DNA from: an uncultured Bacilli bacterium
Lineage (GTDB): Bacteria; Bacillota_I; Bacilli_A; RFN20; CAG-631
Direction of reading: 5' to 3'
Length of the DNA: 64,000 nucleotides
NCBI GenBank assembly: GCA_947599835.1
Contig: CANQFQ010000002.1
Span: 35,402 to 99,401, forward strand
The notes below the pieces were generated by a model. That model was not told the DNA's origin, made no database searches, and saw only the letters and a list, made by a program, of their open reading frames with translations. Each line of letters opens with the position of its first letter. Position 1 is the first letter of the stretch. Shown piece by piece: positions 55,828 to 64,000 of this stretch. The translations under genes were made by a program, and so were the position numbers.

Positions 55828-57470
55828 TTAAGCAACTGACCATTAAAAATCTCGCTATTTTAGATGATATTACTTTAGATTTTGATGATGGTTTAAATAT
55901 TTTTACAGGGGAAACCGGTGCCGGTAAATCGATTATTATCGATGCCCTATCTTTAGTTTTTGGAGCTAGAGCCAATCTGGATATGATTCGTCATGGTGCG
56001 GAACAAGCCAAAATTGAAGCTTTATTATTTTTGTCTAAAGAACATGCTGCGAAAGTGTATGAATGTACCGAGATTGATGTGAGCAATGAATGTATTATTC
56101 AACGGGTTTTATACACCAATGGTCGATCCACTGCAAAAATCAACGGGAATTTAATTCCGATTTCGACTTTATCTAAAATCGCTGAATTTTTGATTGATAT
56201 TCATTCACAACATGAAAGTCAATTTTTATTAAAACAAGAACAACATTTACCTTTATTAGATCAATATATTCAATCTTTTGATCCCCATTTTTTAAATCCA
56301 TATCAAGAAGAATATGCCAAATTAAAGCACCTGATGGAAGAACAAACAAATTTAATGACCAAGTTTCAATCCATTCAAGATATGGATTATTTACAATATC
56401 AATTGAATGAACTTAAAGATGTTTTAACGGATGAACAAGAACTTGCACTTCAAGAAGAATATAAAAATTTGCAACTTGTAGAAAAAAATGCCGCCATAAT
56501 CGATGAAGTCTTATTCCATTTAGATGGTTCCCAACAAGCCCTAGATCAATTATACTATGCGTTAAAAAGTTTATCTAAAATGGCAGACAATCAACAAAGT
56601 CAAAGTTATTATCAACGATTAGAAAGTGATTATTTAGATATTAAAGATTTTGTAGAAACATTTAAAAAGACGTTTGATGTTTCGCAATATGATGAATCGA
56701 AAATGAATGAACTACAAGAACAAATTACCAAGATGAATCGGTTAAAAAGAAAATATAATGTAAGCCATCTCTATCAACTCAAATTAGATATTGCTGAAAA
56801 AATTCAATTATCTGAAAGTTTTAAAGAAAAAATGGAGGATTTGGATGAAAAAATTCAACAACAAAGAAAACAATGTGAACGGCTTGCAAAACAAATCACT
56901 GAAATTAGAAAAAAATATGCGTTACAATTAGAAAATGAAATTCAATGTGAATTAAAAGATTTATATTTAGAAGATGCTAAGTTTAGTATTCGTTTTGAAA
57001 ACGCAAATATACTTACAATTCATGGAAATGATGCCGTTGCATTTTATTTATCAGCCAATAAAGGAGAAATTCCAATGCCTTTGGTTAAAGTGGCTTCCGG
57101 TGGTGAAATCAGTCGAATGATGTTAGGAATAAAAACAGTCTTTTGTAGAGTGGCAAAATTATCCACCATCATTTTTGATGAAATTGACACGGGAGTGAGC
57201 GGTAAAGTGGCGATGGCAATGGGTCGGAAAATGAAAGAAATTGCCAAAACGAGCCAAGTTTTAGCCGTTACGCATTTACCTCAAGTGGCTTGCTTTAGCA
57301 AAAATCATCTTTATATTTCCAAAACGGTTGTAGATGAAAGAACACAAACCAAGGTAGAACGTCTAACGCAAAGTCGAAAAATAGAAGAAATTGCTCGATT
57401 GCTATCGGGAAAGGAAATTACAGAAAATTCCATTCTTTTAGCCAAAGATTTAATATTTACCAATCAATAG
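55824..57470 (+). CDS. recN: DNA repair protein RecN
   Basis: 548 aa SMC-like; Walker A GETGAGKSIIIDAL, coiled-coil, C-terminal signature/Walker B (IIFDEIDTGVSG); ATGA overlap with tlyA. Confidence 0.9.
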   Translation: MIKQLTIKNLAILDDITLDFDDGLNIFTGETGAGKSIIIDALSLVFGARANLDMIRHGAEQAKIEALLFLSKEHAAKVYECTEIDVSNECIIQRVLYTNGRSTAKINGNLIPISTLSKIAEFLIDIHSQHESQFLLKQEQHLPLLDQYIQSFDPHFLNPYQEEYAKLKHLMEEQTNLMTKFQSIQDMDYLQYQLNELKDVLTDEQELALQEEYKNLQLVEKNAAIIDEVLFHLDGSQQALDQLYYALKSLSKMADNQQSQSYYQRLESDYLDIKDFVETFKKTFDVSQYDESKMNELQEQITKMNRLKRKYNVSHLYQLKLDIAEKIQLSESFKEKMEDLDEKIQQQRKQCERLAKQITEIRKKYALQLENEIQCELKDLYLEDAKFSIRFENANILTIHGNDAVAFYLSANKGEIPMPLVKVASGGEISRMMLGIKTVFCRVAKLSTIIFDEIDTGVSGKVAMAMGRKMKEIAKTSQVLAVTHLPQVACFSKNHLYISKTVVDERTQTKVERLTQSRKIEEIARLLSGKEITENSILLAKDLIFTNQ

Positions 57471-57481
57471 CAAGAATAATA

Positions 57482-57530
57482 AAAACCTCTTCAATTCACA
57501 CAATATAGGTAAAGGAAGGAGGTTTTTATT
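57482..57530 (+). terminator. recN-distal hairpin plus T-run; 3' arm is the GGAAGGAGG RBS of spoIVB (terminator / RBS-sequestering structure)
   Basis: AAAACCTCTTC (57482-57492) pairs with GAAGGAGGTTTT (57514-57525, one bulge); 21-nt loop; followed by TTTTTATTTTG and TTG start at 57531. Confidence 0.45.
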
Positions 57531-58541
57531 TTGAAAAAGCGTTATTTATTATTTTTAATAGGATTAACTGTCTTTAGTAGTCATGCCAATCAAACGCAAG
57601 GCGTCAATGCACAATCCCTTTATTTACCAGGAGGGGAAAATATTGCCATTGAAATTAAAGCCGATGGTTTATTAGTTACTGGCACTTATGATATTCAGAC
57701 CGATAAGGGAACATATAATCCTTCAAGGGACAATGATATTTGGCGTGGTGACTTGATTTATGAAGTGAATCATCAAAAAATCACGTCGATCAAAGATTTG
57801 CCAAATGTGATTGAAGATAAGAACCAACAAGAATATCATCTACCGATCAAATTATATCGAGATCACCTTTCTTTAGATAAAAATCTACGTTTGATTAAAG
57901 TTTCTAAAGATGGCTCTTTAAAAACTGGATTATTAGTTAAAGAAAGAATATTAGGAATTGGAACGGTTTCTATTTATAATACACAAACGAAAACTTATGC
58001 GGCTTTAGGGCATCAATTTACGGATAATGACTTTGAAAATGTCGTTGAATTAACGACAGGAAACATTTATGATAGTGAAGTCGTAGGTATTCGGAAAAGT
58101 AATAATGGGAGCCCAGGAGAAAAAGTTGCACAAATTGATGAAAATAAGCATTTAGGTTCGATTATTAAAAACAATCCATACGGCATTTATGGACATATCG
58201 ACCAATTGCCCAATAAAAAGGGAATGGAAATTGCAAAGCAAGATGAAATCAAAACCGGGAATGCAGAAATATGGACTGTAATGAAAAATAAAACCATCAG
58301 TAAATATAAAATTAAAATTACCCATTTAAAACAACAAGAAAATATCGCACCGAAAGGCATTACTTTTGAAATCGTTGATAAAGATCTATTAAAGATAAGT
58401 AATGGGATTGTTCAAGGAATGAGTGGCTCGACGATTGTTCAAAACAATAAAATAATTGGCGCAGTCACGCATGTTCTTGTTGATGATGTAAAAAAAGGAT
58501 ATGGGATTTATATCGAATGGATGATACAGGAAATGGAATAA
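57531..58541 (+). CDS. spoIVB: SpoIVB peptidase (stage IV sporulation serine peptidase, S55 family)
   Basis: signal-anchor N-terminus, PDZ-like region, catalytic GMSGS and HV motifs; TTG start with strong RBS; conserved recN-spoIVB-spo0A order. Confidence 0.85.
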   Translation: MKKRYLLFLIGLTVFSSHANQTQGVNAQSLYLPGGENIAIEIKADGLLVTGTYDIQTDKGTYNPSRDNDIWRGDLIYEVNHQKITSIKDLPNVIEDKNQQEYHLPIKLYRDHLSLDKNLRLIKVSKDGSLKTGLLVKERILGIGTVSIYNTQTKTYAALGHQFTDNDFENVVELTTGNIYDSEVVGIRKSNNGSPGEKVAQIDENKHLGSIIKNNPYGIYGHIDQLPNKKGMEIAKQDEIKTGNAEIWTVMKNKTISKYKIKITHLKQQENIAPKGITFEIVDKDLLKISNGIVQGMSGSTIVQNNKIIGAVTHVLVDDVKKGYGIYIEWMIQEME

Positions 58542-58550
58542 AATAAGACA

Positions 58551-58576
58551 AAACAGGCAATCATTTGCCTGTTTTG
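58551..58576 (+). terminator. Rho-independent terminator after spoIVB
   Basis: AAACAGGCA-atcatt-TGCCTGTTT perfect 9-bp stem; short T-run. Confidence 0.5.
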
Positions 58577-58683
58577 AACGTTTAAGAAAATATTTTGATA
58601 AAAAAATAAAATTTTAGTGATGTAAAATTATGTAGTTTTCTTCCTATTTATCTATAATTTAGTCAGACTTGAGGAGGAAAAAA

Positions 58684-59496
58684 ATGAAAAAATTTAAAAT
58701 GATTGTTGTTGATGATAGTATTGCTGTTTTAAAAATGTTTGAAAACGCTGTAAGCGATTATCCAAACTTTGAATTAATTCGCAAATATGATCGTGGAGAT
58801 TTATTTTTAGAGTATTTAGAAACCTCGAATGAAGAAGTAGATTTTGTCATTTTAGATTTAATCATGCCTGACATTGATGGAATTGAAATTGCCAAAATGA
58901 TTAAGCAAAGATACATGAATAAAGTCAAACATACGATATGTATGTCAGGTCTATCGAGTGAAAGCATGTTAAATCAAGTAAGCTATATTGGAATTGATTA
59001 TTTTGTAATGAAGCCCTTTGCAATGGATATTTTATTTAGAAAACTTGAGAATATTGCAGAAATGAGTTCAAAAATAGAATATAATCATAATCAAATGGAT
59101 GCTGAAACGTTAAGAATTCAAGTCGAATCAGATATTACGGATATTTTACATGAAATTGGTATCCCCGCCCATATCAAAGGGTATACTTACCTTAGAAAGG
59201 CCATTAGTGATGTCTTTTTTAATCAAGAATATTTAGGTCAAATTACAAAATTATTATATCCTGAAATAGCAAAATATTATCAAACGACTTCATCTCGTGT
59301 AGAAAGAGCCATTCGTCATTCGATTGAAACCGCATGGAACCGCGGAAATGTGGATGCAATTAATCACATTTTTGGTTATACCATTAATGCTAGTAAAGCA
59401 AAACCCACGAATTCTGAATTTATTGCTATGATTGCCGATAAATTACAATTAGATTATAAAATTAAAGAAACGAAGCTTTATCAATTACAATATTAA
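58684..59496 (+). CDS. spo0A: sporulation master response regulator Spo0A
   Basis: receiver domain (MIVVDDS…, DLIMPDIDG) plus diagnostic Spo0A C-domain ([56 protein letters not shown]); ATG 58684 6 nt after GAGGAGG; track start 58669 is an upstream TTG. Confidence 0.92.
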   Translation: MKKFKMIVVDDSIAVLKMFENAVSDYPNFELIRKYDRGDLFLEYLETSNEEVDFVILDLIMPDIDGIEIAKMIKQRYMNKVKHTICMSGLSSESMLNQVSYIGIDYFVMKPFAMDILFRKLENIAEMSSKIEYNHNQMDAETLRIQVESDITDILHEIGIPAHIKGYTYLRKAISDVFFNQEYLGQITKLLYPEIAKYYQTTSSRVERAIRHSIETAWNRGNVDAINHIFGYTINASKAKPTNSEFIAMIADKLQLDYKIKETKLYQLQY

Positions 59497-59580
59497 AAAA
59501 CTTTATTTTTTATCATCTTATAATCTTGTTTGTATTTTATTTTAATGGCCATTGTGCTAGAATATTTTTTGGTGATGCGC

Positions 59581-60237
59581 ATGTATGATACCGTTATTTT
59601 TGATTTAGATGGGACTTTGTTAAACACTTTGAATGATTTATATCAAAGTTGTAATATGGCATTAATGCAATTTGGATATCCGCCAAGAACCTATGAAGAA
59701 ATTCAACAATTTGTAGGTCATGGCATCAAAAATTTGATCTATCGTGCTTTGCCAATGAATCAAAAAGAAGCATTAGAAGCTGTTTATGAAGCATTTTTAA
59801 CCATTTATGAAAAACACCAATTAGATACGACACGACCTTATCCAAACATTCTCGAATTATTAGAGCAATTATCTCAAAGAAAAATCAAAATGGCGATTGT
59901 TTCAAACAAAATAGACTCAGCGGCGAAAACCATTGCAGCGGCATTCTTTTTACAATATCCGATGATGGTGATCGGTGAAACTTTAAAATTAAAAAGAAAG
60001 CCCGCTCCGGATATGCTGCTTGAAGCCTTAAGTAAACTTTCGAGTCAAAAGCAAACGACGCTTTTTGTCGGCGATAGTGAAACCGATATCGAAACAGCCA
60101 AAAACGCACAAATCGATGTATGTGCGGTTACTTGGGGATTTCGAAGTGAAGCCCTACTAAAAGCAGAACATCCCCAATATTTAATCTCACATCCATTAGA
60201 ATTATTAAAAATTATCGATGGCAGACATCTCAATTGA
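59581..60237 (+). CDS. HAD family hydrolase (phosphoglycolate/pyrophosphatase PpaX-Gph-like)
   Basis: motif I VIFDLDGTLLNT, motif IV VGDSETD; start ATG 59581 5 nt after GGTGA. Confidence 0.75.
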   Translation: MYDTVIFDLDGTLLNTLNDLYQSCNMALMQFGYPPRTYEEIQQFVGHGIKNLIYRALPMNQKEALEAVYEAFLTIYEKHQLDTTRPYPNILELLEQLSQRKIKMAIVSNKIDSAAKTIAAAFFLQYPMMVIGETLKLKRKPAPDMLLEALSKLSSQKQTTLFVGDSETDIETAKNAQIDVCAVTWGFRSEALLKAEHPQYLISHPLELLKIIDGRHLN

Positions 60238-60279
60238 AGATAAATGGGGTTATCTTTCAATAAATTGAGATGTTTTTTT
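60226..60279 (+). terminator. Rho-independent terminator overlapping stop of HAD hydrolase gene
   Basis: CATCTCAATT … AATTGAGATG 10-bp stem with inner AGATAA/TTATCT pairing, followed by T7. Confidence 0.6.
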
Positions 60280-60289
60280 AATGAAGATA

Positions 60290-60298
60290 TGGTATAAT
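60290..60298 (+). promoter_or_regulatory. extended -10 promoter element TGgTATAAT upstream of membrane-protein gene
   Basis: TGGTATAAT at 60290-60298; TGAGGTGA RBS 6 nt before ATG 60322. Confidence 0.35.
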
Positions 60299-60321
60299 AA
60301 TAAATCATGAGGTGAAATCTA

Positions 60322-61683
60322 ATGTTCAATTGGCTCAAATTTATAACAGGGAGTGTTATTTTTGATAGAGATGTGAAGCAAGCATCTCAAAGAAAATTTT
60401 GGAATGTTTTGTTTTTTTTGTTTATGTTATTAATTTTATTAAGTTGTTTTTTTGCGATTGGTTATAATTTTGCTTTTAAATATCATTACAAGCAATCTCC
60501 GGAATATATCAAGGCCTATTCCTATGCAATGAAACAAGTCAGTGATGAAGATCCCTCTTTTGGATTCAATTGCAAAATTAACAAAAATGAATTAGTTTGT
60601 TTTGAAAATGATTCGATTGATGAAAAGGATAGTGGAAAACTTTATTTGGATACCCGCACTCAAGATCCATCTTTAGTTGCTGACTTAGATTATGAAATTA
60701 TCATTGATACGCGTGATCGGGATACGCTTATCGATTATACGGCAACTTATGTTTCCAAAACCGATAAAACACATACCATTACGCATATCGATTATCTTCA
60801 ACTTTCTAGCGAAGAAAGAAAAGATTTTAAATTCAGTACCATTGAATATTCACAAAATTCTTTAGATCAAAATACTTACTTAGGTTATGCCAATGTTTAT
60901 TTTAATGCACTCGCTGAGGATTCTAAAGAAAAAGCCGAGTATGAAAAGCTTAAAACCGATGTAGATAAGATTAATTATTTTACCAAAGTTGCCTTACCCG
61001 ATGTGGTCAACGATTATGATTCTGCACCCATTTTAATGAGTTATTATAGTGCTGAATTTTTAAAGACAAATAGCAAAAAAGAATTTGGATATGAACATGA
61101 TCGTTATATTTTATTATTAAAAGATAGTTTAGTTACCGCTTTTGTAACGAAACATAATGTCTTTGTTTATTTTGAAGGCACTTATCGCAAAGTTGCTGAT
61201 AATTTTAGGTTTCATGATAAAAATAGTTTAACCATGACCCAAGCTAAATTTAATCGTCACATTCAAGACTTTGTTATGTCTGTCTATGATGATATTGGTT
61301 CGACACAAATCTTAAATTATGCGATTAATATTTTCACTTATATGCCATTTTTAATCATTATTATCGCTGCGCTAGCCTTATTTATGTTCTTATTAACGCG
61401 AATTTCAAATGATGATTATGCCGATGGAAAATATATCGGTTGCTTTAAGATTGTTAGTGCTTGTTTATTAGGTGCTAGTTTGGCTACAGGCATTCTTGGT
61501 TTTATTCTTACCTTTTTCTTAAATCAAGGTGTTGCTTTTGCCATTTCGATGTCGTTATTAATTTCATTACTTGTCTTAAGAGTTTTACTTTTATCTTTAA
61601 TTTCCTTTATTAAAAAGAAAAGAGAAAATAAAAAAGCGACTTTGAATGAAGAAAGCAGTTCAGAAAAAATGGAATTATTATAG
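60322..61683 (+). CDS. hypothetical integral membrane protein (N-terminal TM, ~280-aa extracytoplasmic domain, C-terminal 3-4 TM bundle)
   Basis: 453-aa ORF; hydrophobic segments FWNVLFFLFMLLILLSCFFAIGY and C-terminal FLIIIIAALALFMFLL…ISMSLLISLLVL; no recognised motif. Confidence 0.5.
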   Translation: MFNWLKFITGSVIFDRDVKQASQRKFWNVLFFLFMLLILLSCFFAIGYNFAFKYHYKQSPEYIKAYSYAMKQVSDEDPSFGFNCKINKNELVCFENDSIDEKDSGKLYLDTRTQDPSLVADLDYEIIIDTRDRDTLIDYTATYVSKTDKTHTITHIDYLQLSSEERKDFKFSTIEYSQNSLDQNTYLGYANVYFNALAEDSKEKAEYEKLKTDVDKINYFTKVALPDVVNDYDSAPILMSYYSAEFLKTNSKKEFGYEHDRYILLLKDSLVTAFVTKHNVFVYFEGTYRKVADNFRFHDKNSLTMTQAKFNRHIQDFVMSVYDDIGSTQILNYAINIFTYMPFLIIIIAALALFMFLLTRISNDDYADGKYIGCFKIVSACLLGASLATGILGFILTFFLNQGVAFAISMSLLISLLVLRVLLLSLISFIKKKRENKKATLNEESSSEKMELL

Positions 61684-61705
61684 GGAATAGTTTATTCCCT
61701 TTTTA
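61683..61705 (+). terminator. Rho-independent terminator after membrane-protein gene
   Basis: GGGAATA-gtt-TATTCCC perfect 7-bp stem followed by TTTTT. Confidence 0.6.
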
Positions 61706-61730
61706 TATGAAATCAAAATGGAGGATACAT

Positions 61731-64000
61731 ATGCATACAATAACGAAAAAAATATCTATGTTTGTCTGTTTTTTAAGTTTAATTTTCGTGGGTTGTTCCA
61801 ACCAGGCAAAACATATCGATTCTACGAGTCATGCTAACGACACCTATGTCGGTGGAGATGAAACCTCATCGCCAAAATATGTTTATGTTGATTCGGGTGT
61901 TTTAGCAAGTAGTCATCTTCTATTGAATGGCAATCAAACATTACCCGTGGTGATCAATCCTCAAAGATTACCTAATCCGACAGCTTTAGATACTTCAACT
62001 CGTATTTTTAATGTGGATATTGATATTTTTCATCAATCATCCTCGTATAAAAATGGCATTGAATGCATCGTATATACACCCGATTTTTATTTTTCTTATA
62101 CGAATGCCACCGATGAATATGATGAAGTCGTAGCTGAATATGATACATCCATCAATCGTTATTGTGTGACTCAAATACATACATCGGGACATTCTTATAT
62201 TCCTTTAAATGGTATCGTTGTGGCGATTCCTAAATCCAATCCACAAAAAAATATTACGATCACGAATCCTTTTCAAATTGGATCTTATGTGAATTTTGAA
62301 ACCGGAATTCAAATTTCAAGATATGCCTATGCCATTACCAATCAAGAAAATATTCGTCTGCCCTTTTCTAAAATCAATGAATATCGGGAGGACAAAGAAG
62401 TCGTTTTATTTTCAAGAGAATATGGTTCTTATACAAAAACCAATGCGTATGGCGCAGAAATTTATGTCGATTATGATTTAAAAAATCATTCCTATTATGT
62501 GGCTGGATTTCGAGGCTATGCAAAAGAATTAGGCAATTTAAATGAAGATCCACGACATTACGGGGGTAAAATTCCGGAAATGGGTTTTGTGATTAGTGCC
62601 CAAAGTAATGCGATAAGTTTTGAAACCTATCGTGAAGGTCGAAAATTGATCAAAGGGGACCAGATACGTTTTGAAAATTATGCCCTTTATACCTATCAAG
62701 AAGATGTCGTCTTTAATAAAAACATTGTAGATAATGCTGCCGTTCGATCGACAACAAGTATTAATAAAGTCACTCGTGATGCGCCATTTTTAGATGAGTA
62801 TGGTTATACCAATTATGGTTTATGGTCGGCATATGAACTCGCAGTTAAGGAAATGGGCGAATATGGATTAGTGGTTGCGATGGATCGAGAAGTCGGTTGT
62901 CCTGAAGAGGGTTATTTATTATCTTGTGAAGGAGCCATTGCTTCACAATTACAAAAAGTCGTACAGTTAGGTTCCTTAGTCAAAATCGATGGGAATAAAA
63001 TCCATATTATGAATGATGTCGGTTTAAATCAATCGATAGAATTATTCTATTATGAAAATATTTTAGAAACGAAGTTGTTGGAAGGAAAAGAAAATTTTTA
63101 TGATTATGATTACGATACATTGCAAACAAATTATGCAATGCTAAAGCAATATAATCAAGAAATCATGAATTTAAAAAAGAACATCAATCAGACCACGGAT
63201 TTAAAACGCATTCAAACCTATGCGATTCAAATCATGCAAAAGATGAATTTAGCTACTGAATGTTATTGGAAAGCTTATGCCAGTGCTACCGAATCAAGAT
63301 ATGTCGATGGCCGTGCAGCTTGGCTTTTTGGAACGAATACAAAATCCTTAAAAGAAATCCAAGATATGATTCAACATTATAAAAATGCAAACATCAATTT
63401 GATTTATTTGTGTATTTTTGATGGAACGACATATTTTGAATCTAAAATGGTACCGTATAATCAAAATTATGTGGGCGATTTTGGAGAATATGGAAAAAAT
63501 AATTTTTTAGGGGCTTTTATTGGTGAAGCCCACAAGGCTGGAATTCAAGTGCATGGTTGGACGACAAATTTTCATGTTGGTAATGTTGGAGATCCCAATG
63601 TTCTTTTCAATCAGCATAAAGATTGGCAACAAGTTTATTATGATGGAAAGGTCGATAGTGAGGATGAAATGACCGAACAAACCTTACTTTACTTTGATCC
63701 AGCCAATCCTGAAGTGCAAGATTTTTTAATTGATTTTTATAAAGAAGTTTTAGATCAATTTGCGTTAGATGGATTACATTTAGATTATATTCGTTATGCT
63801 GCGGGAAATGATGTGACCTCTTTAAATAGTGCGTATTGTAAAATTCAAAGCGGTGGAAAATTATATGCCGATCAGTGTTTAAATCGAACACAAGGCTATA
63901 CTTCCTATGCCATGTCTGCATTTAAAAAAGAATATGGTTTAGATGCATCTGTAGATGTCAAAGAATATGTAAAAGAGGTTTCCAATTATTTAAAATGGTC
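61731..64000 (+). CDS. lipoprotein with C-terminal glycoside-hydrolase-like family 10 (GHL10, YngK-type) domain; 3' end beyond window
   Basis: ATG 61731 5 nt after GGAGGA; signal peptide and lipobox FVGCSN; open frame to window end, checked by hand at several points; C-terminal region with GIQVHGW…DGLHLDYIRY characteristic of GHL10; absent from ORF track because no in-window stop. Confidence 0.65.
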   Translation, partial: MHTITKKISMFVCFLSLIFVGCSNQAKHIDSTSHANDTYVGGDETSSPKYVYVDSGVLASSHLLLNGNQTLPVVINPQRLPNPTALDTSTRIFNVDIDIFHQSSSYKNGIECIVYTPDFYFSYTNATDEYDEVVAEYDTSINRYCVTQIHTSGHSYIPLNGIVVAIPKSNPQKNITITNPFQIGSYVNFETGIQISRYAYAITNQENIRLPFSKINEYREDKEVVLFSREYGSYTKTNAYGAEIYVDYDLKNHSYYVAGFRGYAKELGNLNEDPRHYGGKIPEMGFVISAQSNAISFETYREGRKLIKGDQIRFENYALYTYQEDVVFNKNIVDNAAVRSTTSINKVTRDAPFLDEYGYTNYGLWSAYELAVKEMGEYGLVVAMDREVGCPEEGYLLSCEGAIASQLQKVVQLGSLVKIDGNKIHIMNDVGLNQSIELFYYENILETKLLEGKENFYDYDYDTLQTNYAMLKQYNQEIMNLKKNINQTTDLKRIQTYAIQIMQKMNLATECYWKAYASATESRYVDGRAAWLFGTNTKSLKEIQDMIQHYKNANINLIYLCIFDGTTYFESKMVPYNQNYVGDFGEYGKNNFLGAFIGEAHKAGIQVHGWTTNFHVGNVGDPNVLFNQHKDWQQVYYDGKVDSEDEMTEQTLLYFDPANPEVQDFLIDFYKEVLDQFALDGLHLDYIRYAAGNDVTSLNSAYCKIQSGGKLYADQCLNRTQGYTSYAMSAFKKEYGLDASVDVKEYVKEVSNYLKW

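Noticed and set aside
57474-57505. Sigma-G/F forespore promoter (GnATA-N17-18-CATnnTA) for spoIVB inside the hairpin loop.
   Set aside because: The best candidate pair, GAATA at 57474 and CACAATA at 57499, has a 20-nt spacer and a mismatched -10. I could not support a confident call, so only the hairpin is reported.

Overview
This is a very AT-rich chromosomal segment, roughly 30% GC by eye (not computed). It uses the standard code: TGA is a stop, for example at the parC and ABC-exporter stops. Its origin is a low-GC, endospore-forming Bacillota member, shown by an intact sigK, spoIVB, spo0A and a dapA/dpaA-like pair. Genes are densely packed on both strands, with no rRNA, tRNA, CRISPR, transposase or integrase detected by eye. 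The window is mostly core housekeeping genes in blocks syntenic with Bacillus subtilis:
- pheT (3' end), rpmF
- rnj
- dapA, ispG
- mraZ-rsmH-ftsL-like, followed directly by apt-relA-hisS-aspS, then tkt
- yneF/plsY/parE/parC, abutting sigK
- yqeG-yqeH-yhbY-nadD::yqeK fusion-rsfS-mtnN
- nusB-xseA-xseB-tlyA-recN-spoIVB-spo0A
Accessory genes sit between these blocks:
- six predicted lipoproteins: a 890-aa metallophosphoesterase lipoprotein, two BspA-type leucine-rich-repeat surface proteins of 665 and 1401 aa, an M6/InhA-like metalloprotease with a Ser/Gln-rich stalk, and a GHL10-domain protein that runs off the 3' end
- a LysR regulator divergent from a translationally coupled heterodimeric ABC exporter pair
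- a ZIP metal importer, an ankyrin-repeat protein, an orphan ECF S-component, and a GH2+HAD pair
Non-coding signals are reported as features, all from manual inspection: several consensus TTGACA-17-TATAAT promoters, many Rho-independent terminators, a 10-bp-periodic TGG repeat array in front of mraZ, a 22-bp perfect palindrome at the protease promoter, and two hairpins that sequester ribosome-binding sites.
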